Shown here piece by piece: positions 62,666 through 64,000 of a DNA stretch of 64,000 bases. A program made the position numbers and the translations under genes. Below the pieces are notes generated by a model. It searched no databases and had not been told where the DNA came from. It was given only the letters and a program-made list of their open reading frames with translations. The DNA is from Camelus dromedarius (taxonomy: Eukaryota): the NCBI RefSeq assembly GCF_036321535.1, contig NC_087437.1, positions 35,342,001 to 35,406,000 on the forward strand, in the 5' to 3' direction. Every line of letters starts with the position of its first letter. Position 1 is the stretch's first letter.

Positions 62666-63548
62666 AGTAAGGGAGGAAACATTTTCTTTTTCCTTTACCC
62701 ATCTTAGGTTCTCCATCTGGGGCCCCGTAAATTAGAGTGACGGAAGTCAGAGCAGCAAGAGAAAAACAAATGAAAGTTCATTACTATGTGCATCACGCAT
62801 ATACATGGGGGCACTCAGTGCTGAGTAAATCAAAAAGGTGGTTAAGACCTGGGCTTATGTAGCCTCTTAACAAAAGAACAACAAAGTTTTAGAGAGGTGT
62901 CAAGATAAAGGGCAAAAAAAAATTTTGAGTTTCTAGAGTGGCAAATTGTGGGAAGATAAATAGTTGGGGGAACTGATGGAATACAGTCGTCCCCTGGTAT
63001 CCGTGGGGATTGGTCTTAGGACCCCACGTGGAAACCAAGTCCCCCATATAAAGTTGTGTATTATATGCCTATAACCTACTCACATTCTCCTGCATACTTT
63101 AAATCCTCTCTAGATTACTTATAATACTTAATACAATGTAAATGCTGTGTTGCAAATTTAGGTTTTGCCCTTTGGAACTTTCTGGAGTTTTATTTTGTTT
63201 TGTTTTGGAATGTTTTCAGTCGGAGGTTCGTTGAATCTGCGGGTGCAGAGCCTGCAGATATGGAGGACTGACTGTAAAAGGGCTGGTTGAAAGGTATATT
63301 ATGTAGGTTCATCTGGTGATGTCACTGGGCTGATAAGGATCTAGAGTTGTCTCCAGCAGTCAGCTTCTGTGCTCCTGGGAGAAAGGGGAGGGGAAACACC
63401 TTTACAAATGTTATGTCCTGCTTTTAGGAAAACAAGGGAAGGGCAGAGAGCATTTTTTTGTATATGCGTCTTTTTAATTGCCTTCAGCTCAAATTAATTC
63501 TTATGCCAAAGGGGCGTATTTTAGGGAGGCATATTCTGCTACCCTTCA
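62666..63548 (-). mobile_element. MER34A-like ERV1 solo LTR interrupted by MER2B
   Basis: Ends aattgccttcagctcaaattaattcttatgccaaaggggcgtattttagggaggcatattctgctacccttca (MER34 5' end, antisense); TSD ttat at 62662-62665 and 63549-63552. Confidence 0.85.
62984..63274 (+). mobile_element. MER2/MER2B TcMar-Tigger MITE
   Basis: cagtcgtcccctggtatccgtgggg...gatatggaggactgactg TIRs flanked by a TA duplication (62982-62983, 63275-63276). Confidence 0.88.
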
Positions 63549-64000
63549 TTATATGTAATATATTTCAATAATGTATATCACAGAGCTAGTCATCTTCAGA
63601 CACTATTTCAGAAATAAATTTGTATCTATTATTTATATGACATTTCATAATGGAAACTATTTTCATTTTAACTCAGAGATAAAACCAGAAACATAAATAA
63701 ACAAGAGAACATTTGTATCTCTTATAGATTTTTTTTTACAGTTTTTAATGTTAACTCTAATTTACTTTTGTTATACTTATCAGATGATTTTATTTCTTCC
63801 TGGAAGACTGTTTCACTACTCAACAGTGAAACAATGCCTTTTTTAAAGTTAGTGCTAATTCTTGAGTTTGACACCAGATGCTTCATTTTGAAAAAAAAAA
63901 AAAACTGCAAGAACAGAATAAAATTTTGCATCTTTTAAATATATCTCCTTTTAGCTGTTTACTTCATACTCTATGAGTTTTATTTAAGGAGATGAAAAAA

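Noticed and set aside
1..64000. CRISPR array, operon or other prokaryotic system
   Set aside because: The sequence is mammalian and repeat-rich, with no regularly spaced repeats or gene-dense ORFs

Overview
AT-rich mammalian DNA with no CpG island. It is most likely camelid (inference): it has a tRNA-derived SINE and L1 3' ends of camelid/artiodactyl type, and I saw no Alu, BovB/Bov-tA, PRE1 or Can-SINE. I found no host protein-coding gene. The only clearly recognisable protein sequence is LINE-1 ORF2, best preserved in a young 5'-truncated L1 at ~51949-54600 with a 15-bp TSD and a ~300-bp (GAAA)/(GAA) tract. A heavily decayed retroviral env TM remnant also appears to be present. Much of the window is transposon debris: L1, HAL1, L2, MIR, MaLR/MLT1, ERV1/ERVL LTRs, a ~6-kb degraded provirus, and hAT and Tigger MITEs, often nested. 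L1 and MaLR copies are mostly antisense to the + strand, suggesting an intron of a + strand gene. Repeat family names come from my recollection of consensus sequences, not a search, and boundaries of old elements are approximate. I see no convincing novel biological system. The best leads are two MER41-like LTRs with STAT motifs, a C/D-box snoRNA-like layout, candidate micro-exons, and an L1 5' junction showing iterative template switching.
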